From Torpedo marmorata (lineage: Eukaryota), in contig OZ360232.1 in NCBI GenBank assembly GCA_977017645.1, forward strand, positions 79,174,001 to 79,238,000: 64,000 nucleotides of DNA, written 5' to 3'. Below, piece after piece: positions 24,111 to 36,349 of the stretch. Under the pieces are notes generated by a model. It saw nothing but the letters and a program-made list of their open reading frames with translations. It searched no databases and was not told the DNA's origin. The translations under genes were made by a program, and so were the position numbers. The stretch's first letter is position 1, and every line of letters starts with the position of its first letter.

Positions 24111-24661
24111 ATCCCACAGAATTACTGCAAAAAACATCAAGAGAAACTAAGATCAGCCACATGGAAATGGCTGAAGCTATGCTACAAGATGGTGGTGAGG
24201 AGGATGGGCAATCCAGAGTGGAGACAGTTAGATATTAAGACGACCTCTGAAATAGAGGATGAAATACGATCAGGTGATAGTGCGTCAAATGCTGGAAGCA
24301 GGAGAAGCAAGAGGAGTTCTAGAGCAGGCTCCAGAGTTTCAAGTACTGCATCTACACGCTTAAAGGTTCAGGCTGACGCGGCAGCTCTTGAAGCGGAAAA
24401 ATAAATGCTTCAAATTAAATTGGCCGTGGATGAGAGGGAGGAGCTGATAAGAATAAGATGGGAGCAGCTACGGAGAGAAGAGGAGCAGCTGCAGATGGAA
24501 AAGGAGCTGCAGGAGGAGCAGCTAAGAAGGGAGGAAGTGCAGCTAAAAAAGCAAAAGGAGGAACTGGACAAAAGAATTGCTGTTAATCAGGCCAGGTCGA
24601 GGGCACTAGAAGGCTGTGAAGTATTTGGTGCTCAAAGTAAATTATCTAAAGCGTCTAATGT

Positions 24662-25481
24662 TTTCAAGATTCAAGATTCAATTTATTGTCATAGTAATAA
24701 GACAGTGTCATATTCCATGAAATTTCTTTTTCCCTGCTGCAAGGCAGACAGATTCGCCACCGGCAGAAATTGCCTAAGCGCCTCTAACATTCCTTACAGT
24801 CAGAGAAAGAAGCAAAAGAGAGTCCCCCCAGAGTCGCCAAGTGTCCATAGATTTGCCTCCAGCGCTTCCGCAGCCTCCTCAGCCACACAGAGTCCGGTCC
24901 AAACCATCGGCAACCCAAGCTCCAGATCCGAACCTCCAACATGGTCAGGTCGCCCTCGGCACCCCCTCGCATCCCGGTTCCGATACCTGGCACTCCTCCA
25001 GCCAGTTCGAGCCAGCCTCCAGCAGTCCGCAGCCCGGCGTGAGTCCCCCGACAGCAGTCTCCAGCAGCCCACAGCCTCCGCGGTTTCCTCGCCTCGAATC
25101 GCCAGCAGCCCGCCGCGTGCACTGGTCCTTCAGCCTCAGAGCCCCTCACCGGTCCGCCGCCGTGGTCACCGTCCTGTGGGTCGTCTCCTCCGCTTCTCCT
25201 TCTCAGACGGTGCCCTGCTCCAGTCCTCCGCTTCCCTGGAATCTGCAGCCCCTCGTGGCTGCTGCTGGTTAAAAGGCACTGCCATCTTGGGCGCAGACCC
25301 CGTGGTCGCGGGATCTTAAATAAAACCACCGTCGGCTCCTTTAACGGGCCATTCAAAGCCTGCGCGGAACCGATGGCAGTCGACTGGGCGGCTGGTCCCC
25401 GCGGGAGTGCTGTATCTCCACTCCCCGCAGGTCCACACCAGCAGCAGCGCTGCCACTACAGCGGCTCCGGCAGCACCGCCA
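24662..25481 (-). mobile_element. GC-rich non-autonomous retroelement with Rex1-type tail, inserted in BEL gag
   Basis: Minus-strand tail GACAATAAATTGAATCTTGAATCTTG; no RT motifs; interrupts gag between KASN and ESHFEEG. Confidence 0.7.
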
Positions 25482-25561
25482 TTGGAGTCACATTTTGAGG
25501 AAGGACAACAGAAAAAGGAAATATTTAATACCAAAGAAGAGCCAGTGTTACGGTTACGAGA

Positions 25562-26915
25562 TTCTTTCTTTTTCAATCTTTTTATTGTATTTCTTATAAA
25601 AATCAATAAAAATGAAGAAAAGGGAACAAAATTTAAAATACAATATCACATATGTATATATATTAAAATAAAAATTCAAACAGTATAAACTCGATCCCCC
25701 TCCACTGCAATAGGTGACAATGAAAAAAAACATCAAAAGTATTATAAAAAAAATCCACCTAACCTACTCTAATAAAAAAAAAACTAACAAAAAACAGCTG
25801 AGCAGCTTATCCTCAAGGTTATATATATTTTGTAATTTTTGGTTCCTACTGTAAATCGAAAAACAAAGGAAGAGTAAATACATCTAATCACATTAGAAAC
25901 ACTTACATCATATGAAAATAAGACATAAAAGGTCGCCATGTATCTTCAAATTTCACCGATGAATCAAATACATGATATCTAATTTTTTTCTAAACTTAAA
26001 CAAGACATAATAAGAGAAAACCATTGAAACACTGTTGGAGGTCTAGAGTCTTTCCATTTGAATAGGATGGCTCTTCTAGCCAACAATGTAGAGAAGGCCA
26101 CAACCCGTTGGACAGGTACAGAAAAACTCCCTATGTCTGGGTCAATAACCCCGAAAAGAGCAGTTATTGGATTGGGTCGTAGCTCCACCTGGAGTATAGT
26201 TGAAAAGATTTTTTTTTTTTAAATTCCAATCGTTTTCTAAGGATGAACAAGACCAAAACGTATCAATGTAGCAATTTCAGATTTGCATCTGTCACAAATA
26301 GGGTTAATATTAGAAAAAATACTAGCTAATTTATCTTTGGACATGTGAACATGATGCACCACTTTGAATTGGATTAATGAATGTCGGGCACATGTAGAAG
26401 ATGTATTTACCAATTTAAAAATCTTGTCCCATAGATCCTCAGATAAGGGTCTTGCAAGTTCCAGTTCCCAAGCCTTTTTAATCTTATCATGAAGTACTGG
26501 ACGTAATTTTAATAATCTATCATATATAATTCCAATTAATCCTTTCTGGGAAGGATTCAATTGAAAAATATTATCAACTAAATCTGGTGGATATAAATGG
26601 AAAATCCCGTAATATGATATTTAAGAAATTTCTAATCTGTAAATATCTTTTTAAAAAAAAATAAAATAAAATAAAAAAAAAGACTATTTGGTAAGTCATG
26701 TTTACTTGCAAACTGTTCAAAAGACATTAAACAACCTTCCTTAAATAAATTTGCAAAAGAAACAATACCTTTGATTTGCCATATAGACAAAAAATGATCA
26801 GTTATCTAATCCAATACTCAAACATACATTACGAATCTGGTTCCAATTTAGGAAATTTTTTAATTTTAAAAAAAAAATGTTGTCTTATCTAGTGCTATCT
26901 CTCATAACTTTTTTT
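25562..26915 (-). mobile_element. L1-clade 3' fragment with 5' inversion, inserted in BEL gag
   Basis: ORFs 26237..26560 and 25979..26188 (minus); ~26808-26915 reads NPILKHTLRIWFQFRKF on plus; TSD CGGTTACGAGA at 25551-25561 and 26916-26926. Confidence 0.85.
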
Positions 26916-29900
26916 CGGTTACGAGACTTGTATGGTCCCAAACTAGCCAGGTTAAGGCACGGTGGTGCCAAATCTCAAACCCCAATAATGACCCCAATGG
27001 ACAGATGTGAGCCTAATGCCATCTTATGTAGCAGAATACTATCAGCTCCCGACAGGTAATAGAAATCCGGGTGAACAAAGTAACTTACGCCCAGGCTTGA
27101 GAAGGCAAGATGAAATGGCTGCATCGTTAATGCAGTTACAGTCTCTCTTTTCTCTACCCAAAAGAAAGATTCCAGTTTTTGATGGTGACCCACTTCAATT
27201 CCAAGCATTTATGAAAAACTTTGAACGCAGTATTTAAATTAAGAGCCAAAGTTCGGAGGATTGTCTATATTATTTGGAACAGTTCATGAGTGGACAACCA
27301 CAAGATCTTGTAAAGAGTTGCCATCATATGGCCCTGAACGAAGGATTCGAAAAGGCTAAGTTTTTACTAAAGAAGTATTTTGGCAACAAGCATAAAATTG
27401 CTACAGCTTATGGACAGAAGGCTCTTTCATGGTCGTCAATAAGACCGGATGAAACGAAGGCTTTACAAGTTTACGCCCTCTTTCTAAAAGGATGTTGTAA
27501 TGTCATGACGGAGATCGGCCATCTACGAGAGCTTGACATATCTACTAATATGCTAATCATTTTAAATAAATTACCCTACCGGATGAAAGAACTATGGAGA
27601 AGTTCCGTTGTTGAATACCAGAAAAGATGCAATGAGACAGCTACTTTTAAGGATTTGGTTGAGTTCATTGAAGGGCAAGTGGACGTTGTCACAGATCCAG
27701 TGTATGGAAATATCAAAGGCACTCAAACAGTAAGTAAAGAAGTTGAGGTCCAAATCATACCCTCAACCAAATTTTTTTTTTTTTTAAAAGTACATTTGCC
27801 ACCTCCCTGGCAGTGGCAGATAAAGAAATTAAGGAAAATGAAAGTTTGCCTGTTGTGAAGAAATGTTTGTTCTGTAATGATAAGCATGCTTTGGAAAAGT
27901 GCACAGATGGAAAAGACGCATAGTGAGAAAATCGCTTTTTTGAAGGAAAATGGAGTATGTTTTGGCTGGCTGTGTAAAGGACACATCAGCAAAAACTGCA
28001 AAAAGCGACTCAGCTGTGACATATGTAATCAAAAACATCCCAAAATGTTACATATCTTCCAGGAAAAGAAGAATACAGAAAAGGAACAAACGACAAGAAA
28101 AGAAGCAGATGAAAACAGTGCAAAGCCTCAGTATTGACAAATGGTCTTACTGGGGCCGGAGAGAACAACTGCAAACTTTTAATAATACCTGTGCAAGTCA
28201 AGGCCAAGAAAGGAAGTGCAATAGTGCATACTTATGCATTTCTTGACCCAGGAAGCACTGCATCATTTTGCACCGTTGGGCTAATGAATAAGCTTAATCT
28301 TCAAGGAAGAAGGTCAAAAATTCTATTGAGAACTATAGGTCAAGTTAAACACATTGAAACCAACATTGTTTGGGCCTAGAGATCGCTGGACTGGATAGTA
28401 ACGATTTCTGTGAACTTCCAGGCGTATACACTCAGAAAACTATGTCTGTGCATAAAGGAAACATCCCACATCAAAACGACATTGAACCGTGGACGCATTT
28501 GAAAAATGTTTGTTTACGCAAAATCAACTCTGAGATTGAGTTGCTGATTGGTTCAGATGTACCAAAAGCTCTGGAACCACTAGATATGATAAGGAGTGTG
28601 GGAGCTGGATCTTACGCTGTCAAAACTATGCTTGGTTGGACGATTAATGGACCATTAGGAGGAAGAAATGAGGTTCAAAATCAGTCGGCTATAAGTGTCA
28701 ACAAGATATCGATTGTTAAGCTTGATAGGCTGTGGGAGCAGCAGTTCAAGAATGACTTTCCTGAGTGCCCCAGCGACGACCAAGAACCAAAACCTTCGAA
28801 GGAAGACCAGCAGTTCTTGGAATCGGTGACAAAAACTGCCAAGCTAGTTAATGATCATTATTGCATTGGATTACCTTAAAAGAAAAGGGAAATCCACTTT
28901 AGTGGCGAGAGACGCTTCTCGAGCAATGGAGGGGGGTAATACTGGGGTAACTGTACCAGTATTTTATTCATCGGGGTTCTGTTTTTTCTTTTCTTTTTTT
29001 TTCTCATTTTCTTTAAGGAGATGCCAAATAGTTTACAACTTTGGAGGAAAGAGCTGGTAGATTTGATCGAAAGAGATTTGATAAAATTTAGTTACGATGG
29101 ATAGTAAGAAAATAAATGTAGTAAGTATTAATATAAATGGGCTTAATAATCCGATTAAAAGAAATAGAACTTTAGCATATATTAAAAAGTTGAATGTAGA
29201 TATAGCTTTTTTTTTTACAAGAGACGCATTTGATAGATTCGGAACATCAAAAGTTAAAAAGAGAATGGGTTGGTCAAGTGGTGGCTTCTTCATTTAATTC
29301 TAAAGCAAGAGGGGTAGCTATATTAATTAATAAAAAGTTACCTTTTAAGATACAGTTGGTAGTTATAGATATGGCAGGTAGATATGTTTTGGTACATTGT
29401 CAGATTTATTCAGAACTCTGGACACTTATGAACTTGTATGTACCAAATACAGATGATGAACAGTTTATTCAAGATTCTTTTTTACATTTGTCAGAAGCTA
29501 ATGAGAATATTTTAATTGGGGGAGATTTCAACTGATGTTTAGATCCAATAATGGATAAAACTTCAAGATCACTTGCTAAAACTAAAATTGCTAAAAGAGT
29601 TCTTACTTTGATGAAAGATTTAAATTTAATAGATATTTGGAGGAAATTGAATCCTAGAGAAAAAGATTATTCTTTTTATTCTTTTAGACATGATTCATAT
29701 TCTAGGATAGATTTATTTTTATTATCTTCACAGGTTCAAAATAGAATAACGCAAGCATCTTATAAAGCGAGAATAATTTCTGATCATTCACCTTTATTAA
29801 TATCTTGTATAATTCCGGAAAAAGAAAAAACTGTATATAGTTGGAGATTTAATTCTTTTTTTATTAAAAAGAAAAGATTTCTGTGATTATATGAGAAGGG

Positions 29901-30992
29901 AAATTCAGGAATTTTTACAAATAAATTCTAATTCTACTGATAATAAATTTATTATTTGGGAAGCTTTAAAAGCTTATTTAAGAGGTCAAATAATAAGTTA
30001 TTCAGCAAAAATTAAGAAAGATTATCTTAGGGAAGTAGAAAATTTAGAGAAGGAGATTGAGTGTTTAGAAAAAGATTTACAAAAAAATAGATCAGTTCAA
30101 AAAAAGGAATAATTTAATTGGGAAGAAATTACATTATAATCTATTACAAACATATAAAATGGAAAAATTAATTGAAAGAACTAAACAAAGATACTATGAG
30201 TTAGGGGAAAGATCTCAAAGTTTTGGCATGGCAATTAAAAAAAGATCAAACTTCTAGAACTATAAATGCCATAAGGAAAAAGAATTCTAGGGAAATAACT
30301 TATAAACCTCGAGAAATAAATGATTCTTTTAAAGATTATTATTTGAATTTATATAAATCTCAGATTGATCAAGATGATTCTAAAATTACTAGATTTTTAT
30401 CTAAAATTATATTACCTAAATTAAATACCCAAAGTCGAGAATCTTTAGATTTACCTTTCTCAATGAGGGAAGTTAATGAAGTTCTTACTTCTTTAAAGAG
30501 TGGTAAATCTCCAAGTGAAGATGGATTTCCATCAGAATTTTACAAAGAGTTTAAAGATTTATTAATGGATGTATTGAATCAATTTACAGAAACCCACTCA
30601 TTACCAGATACTTTCTTAAATGCAATAATTACAGTTATACCAAAAAAAGAGAGATGTATTGAAAACTGAATCATATAGACCTATTTCATTGTTAAATGTA
30701 GATTATAAGATAATGGCAAAAATTTTAGCAAATAGAATGGCTAATTATTTACCAGATTTAATTCATGTAGATCAAGCTGGTTTTATCAAAAATAGATATT
30801 CAAAAGACAATATAGCTAGATTAATTAGTTTAATTAATCTACATAAAAAGAAGGAAGATTTACCATTAGTTTTAACTTTAAACGCCGAAAAGGCTTTTGA
30901 TAGATTAGAGTGGAATTTTTTATTTAAGGTATTGGAGAAATTTGGTTTTGGAACTACATTTATTAATTGGATTAAAACTATATATAAAGAAC

Positions 30993-33920
30993 AAGTTTCT
31001 AAAACTATAAATGCTATCAAAAAAAGTACTGGTGAAATAACTTATAAACCTCAGGAAATAAATGAATCCTTTAGAGAATATTATCAGAATTTATATACTT
31101 CTCAGATTGATCATGATGATACAAAAATTAATAGATTTTTATCTAAAATTACATTACCTAGATTAAATAATTTTAATAGAGATATATTGGATCTACCTAT
31201 TACAATGAGAGAAGTAACTGAAGCTTTATCGACATTGAAAAGTGGTAAATCCCCTGGTGATTATGGATTTCCGATAGAATTTTATAAAGAATTTAAAGAT
31301 TTATTGATACCTATATATATGGAAGTATTGAGTCAAATTAAGGAAACCCATTTATTACCGAAAACTTTTTTGAATGCTATTATTACAGTTATACCAAAGA
31401 AAGATAGAGATGTATTAAAAACTGAGTCGTATAGACCTATATCATTGTTGAATGTAGATTATAAAATAATGGCAAAAATTTTGACAAACAGATTAGCTAA
31501 GTATCTACCGATTTTAATACATCCAGATCAAGCAGGATTTATTAAAAATAGATATTCGAAAGATAATATAGCAAGATTAATAAGTTTAATCAATTTGCAA
31601 AAAAGGAAACAAGATTTGCCATTGGTGATAACATTAGATGCGGAAAAGGCATTTGATAGACTAGAATGGAATTTTTTATTTAAGGTCTTAGAGAAATATG
31701 GATTTGGGAATACTTTTATAAATTGGATTAAAACTATATATAAAGAACCTACAGCTAAAGTAATTACAAATGGTCAGATATCATCTAAATTTCCCTTGAC
31801 GCGGTCAACAAGACAAGGATGTCCTTTATCACCTGCTCTATTCGTATTGGCAATAGAACCGTTGGCTGAAATGATTTGGAAAGATATTAATATAAATGGG
31901 ATTAAAGTAGGTACAGAAGAGCATAAAATTAGTTTATTTGCAGATGATGTATTAATATACATGACGAAATCAATTGTATCACTTCAACAATTAGCTAAAA
32001 TACTGATGGAATATGGTGAGATATCTGGATATAAAATAAATTCGGATAAGAGTGAGATAATGGCTTTATCTCAAGGAGATTATACTAAATGTAAAGAAGT
32101 TACAAGATTTAAATGGGCTAAAGAAGGAATTAAATATTTGGGAGTTAAAGTAGATACAAAATTGGAAAATTTATATAAATTAAATTATACACCTTTATTT
32201 AAGAAAATAAAGAAAGATTTGGAGAATTGGAAAGATTTACCTATAACTTTAATGGGAAGAGTGAATTGCATTAAAATGAATATTTTTCCAAGAATTCAAT
32301 ATCTTTTTCAATCTATTCCTTTTGGAATTCCTCAAAAAAATTTTTAAGATTTAAAAATTATTATTAGGAAATTTTTATGGAAGGGAAAATTAGCGAGAGT
32401 AAGTATGGATAAATTAACTTGGAATTATGAGATGGGTGGATTACAACTCCCCAATTTTCAATATTATTATAAGGCAGCTCAATTAAAGTTTATTAATGAA
32501 TTTTTTGATTTAACTAAATCTACTGCTTGGATTAATATAGAATTGAATAATATAGGGGAGAGATATAAAGAAGATATTATTTATAAATGGAATTCTAAAC
32601 TATTATTAGTTAAAAAGAAAAATTCACCGATTATTAAACATTTGTTGGAAATTTGGACACAGTTAGATAATGAGATAGGACGAAAAGGGTCATTATCTCC
32701 AAATATGCCACTGTATCAAAATCTATTTTTACCATTTTCTATTGATAATCAATTTTTAAAAATATGGTTTCAAAAAGGAATTAAGAAGATTAAAGATTGT
32801 TTTGAGGCTGGAAGATTTGTTACATTTTCCAGATTGAAAGAAAAATTTGGAATATTAGATAATACAATTTTAGCTTATTATCAGGTTAAAGGATTTTTAG
32901 TTGAGAAATTGGGGAATCAATTAATAGCTCCAAGACAGGATGGATTAGAATTATTAATTACTAATGGAAATGTTAATAAATTTATATCACAAATGTATAA
33001 ATTACTTCAGAGAAAAATGCCTAAAGTAGGATTCCATAAATCAAGATTAAAATGGGAATCAGATTTAAATATTAGTATAGATGAAAAACATTGGAAAGAT
33101 TTATGTAAATTGAGTATGACTAAAATTATTAATGTTAGGTACAGATTAGTACAATATAATTTTTTCCATCAATTATATTTAACACCTAAAAAAATTAAAG
33201 AAATTTAATCCGGCATTATCAGATATGTGTTTTAGATGCAAGGATGAAATTGGTTCTTTTGTTCATTCAACATGGTTATGTCCTAAAATTAAGGATTTTT
33301 GGTCTAAAGTTAAAGATTTTTTAGATAGAATTTTTAATATTATGTTTCCAATGGATCCTATGTTATTTTTATTTGGAGATATTAAAAAATTTGGTATTAG
33401 AAATAGATTGAATATGTATCAAATAGAATTTTTACGAATTGTTTTAGCGGTTTCAAAAAAATGTATTGCTATTACTTGGAAATCAGATTTAGATTTGAAT
33501 TTAGATAGATTGCATGCAGAATTACGTTCATGTATACCATTAGAAAAGATTACATACAATCTACGTAATAAATATCATTTCTTTTTGAAAATATGGAGCC
33601 CATATATGAGAATTATGGGTATGAATTAATTCTCTGGAAGTCGGCTCCGCTGGCGAAATTAACTTCCAATATATAAATAGAATTGGTTTGTAGTTTGTTT
33701 TCTCCTCACTTTAATTCTTTATTATTCAATTCTTTTCTTTTTATTCTTTTTTTTCTCTTTGTTACTAAATTTTTTTTTTCTCTTTAGAGTAGTGGTGGGG
33801 GGGTTGGGGAGGGGAGGGTGGGAGGGAGGAAATATATCACATGTATTTGGAATGATATATTATTTTTGATCTATGTATTTTGTGATTTTAAAATTTAAAT
33901 AAAATATTTTTTAAAAAAAC
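30993..33920 (+). mobile_element. L1 nested in L1 (5'-truncated, complete RT, 3' UTR and tail)
   Basis: TSD AAACTATATATAAAGAAC at 30975-30992 and 33921-33938; ORFs 30659..32347 (fused), 32405..33208, 33225..33629. Confidence 0.92.
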
Positions 33921-34987
33921 AAACTATATATAAAGAACCATCTGCTAAAGTAGTTACAAATGGACAAATTCTTCAAAATTTTCTTTGACTCGATCTACTA
34001 GACAAGGATGTCCTTTGTCACCAGCGTTATTTATTTTGGCGATAGAACCTTTGGCAGAATTAGTTAGAAAAGATCCTAAAATAGTTGGTATTAAAGTTGG
34101 AATGGAAGAACATAAAATTAGTTTATTTGCAGATGATGTATTGATATATATGACAAAATCCACTACATCTTTAGTACAATTGTCTGCGTTATTGATAGAA
34201 TATGGGGAAATATCTGGATATAAAATTAATTCTGATAAAAGTAAAATTATTGCATTATCACAAGGGGATTATAGTAGATGTAAAGAAATTACACAATTTA
34301 AATGGGCAAAGGAAGGAATTAAATATTTGGGAATAAGGATTGACACAAAATTGGCTAATTTATACAAATTAAATTATTTACCATTATTTGTGAAAATAAA
34401 AAAGGATTTAGAAAATTGGAAAGATTTACCTATAACTTTAATGGGAAGAGTAAATTGTATTAAAATGAATGTTTTTCCAAGAATTCAATATCTTTTTCAA
34501 TCAATTCCTTATGAAATTCCTCAAAAAATTTTTAAAGATTTAAATTCAATTATTAGAACATTTTTATGGAAAGGAAAGTTAGCAAGAGTAGGTATGGAAA
34601 AATTAACTTGGAATTATGAAATGGGTGGTTTACAACTTCCTAATTTTCAAAATTATTATAAAGCAGCTCAATTAAAATTTGTTAATGAATTTTTTGATTC
34701 AACTAAATCTTCTGCTTGAATTAAAATAGAATTAAATAATATAGGAGAAGATTCCAAAGAAGAAGTTATTTATAAATGGGATTCTAAATTAATATCAACA
34801 AGAAAGAAAAATTATCCTATTCTTAAACATTTGTTAGAAATATGGAATTAGACGGATAAGGAAATAGGAGGAAAACGATTGATTTCTTCAAGGATGCCTT
34901 TATATCAAAATGGACTTATTCCATTTACTATTAATAATCAATTATTTAAAATTTGGTTTCAAAAAGGAATTAAGAAAATAAATGATT

Positions 34988-36349
34988 TCCTGCTTGGATT
35001 AAAATAGAATTAAATAATATAGGTGATGACACTAAAGAAGAAATTATTTATAAATGGGATTCTAAATTAATATCAACAAGAAAGAAAAATTCGCCTATTT
35101 TTAAACATTTGTTAGAAATATGGAATAAGTCGGATAAGGAAATAGGAGGAAAAGGATTGATTTCTCCAAGGATGCCTTTATATCAAAATGGATTTATTCC
35201 ATTTACTATTAATAATCAATTATTTAAAATTTGGTTTCAAAAAGGAATTAAGAAGATTAGTGATTGTTTTGAAGCTGGGAAATTTATTACGTTTCAAAGA
35301 ATGAAAGATAAATTTAATATATTAGATAATACACTTTTTGCTTATTATCAAATTAGAGCTTTTTTGATTGAGAAATTAGGTTATGCTTTGATTTTACCAA
35401 GACAAAATGAATTAGAATTATTAGTTACTAAAGGAGATGTAAATAAATTTATTTCTCAAATGTATAAATTGTTTCAGAGGAAAATTCCTAAAGTAGGAAT
35501 TCATAAATCAAGATTAAAATGGGAATTAGATTTGAATGTAATAATAGATGAAAATCATTGGAAAGAATTATGTAAATTAAGTATGACGAAGATTATTAAT
35601 GTTAGATATAGATTAGTACAATATAATTTTTTTCATCAATTATATTTAACACCTAAAAAATTAAAGAAATTTAATCCGACATTATCAGGTTTATGTTTTA
35701 GATGTAATAAAGAGGAAGGGTCTTTTGTACATTGTACATGGTTTTGTCCAAAAGTTTATGATTTTTGGTTGAAAGTTTAAAAACTTTTTAGATAAAGTAT
35801 TTAAGATTACATTTCCAATGGATCCTATGATATTTTTGTTTGGAGATATTAGAAAATTTAGTATTAGGATGAAATTAAATATGTATCAGAATTTTTGCGA
35901 ATTGGTTTAGCTGTTTCAAAGAAGTGCATTGCTATTACTTGAAAATCTGATTTAGATTTAGGATTAGAAAGATGGCATGCAGAACTTCGTTCATGTATAC
36001 CACTTGAAAAAATTACTTATAATTTACGTAATAAATATCATTTCTTTTTAAAAATTTGGAGCCCATATATGAAAGCTGTTGGTTTGAGGATTTGAAGATC
36101 TCTAGATATCGGATCTGCTGGCATACTTGACCTCCATAATAGAATTAGTTTATGGATTGACATTCTCCTTACTCTATCTTTTTCTTTTTTTTTCTATTTT
36201 TCTTTTTTCTATTTTTCTTTTTATTAGATTAGTGGGGTTGGGAGGGGAGGGAGGGGGGTGAAATTGTATCACAAATAATTTGATAATTTTATATTCTATT
36301 TTATGTATTTTGTGATTTAAAATTTTTAAATAAAATATTTTTTTTAAAA
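34988..36349 (+). mobile_element. Second L1 nested in L1 (3' 1.4 kb)
   Basis: TSD AAGAAAATAAATGATT at 34972-34987 and 36350-36365; own 3' UTR and AATAAA tail. Confidence 0.9.

Noticed and set aside
24405-25319. 304-aa ORF as a host gene
   Set aside because: It is BEL gag coiled coil reading through into the antisense strand of a GC-rich inserted element
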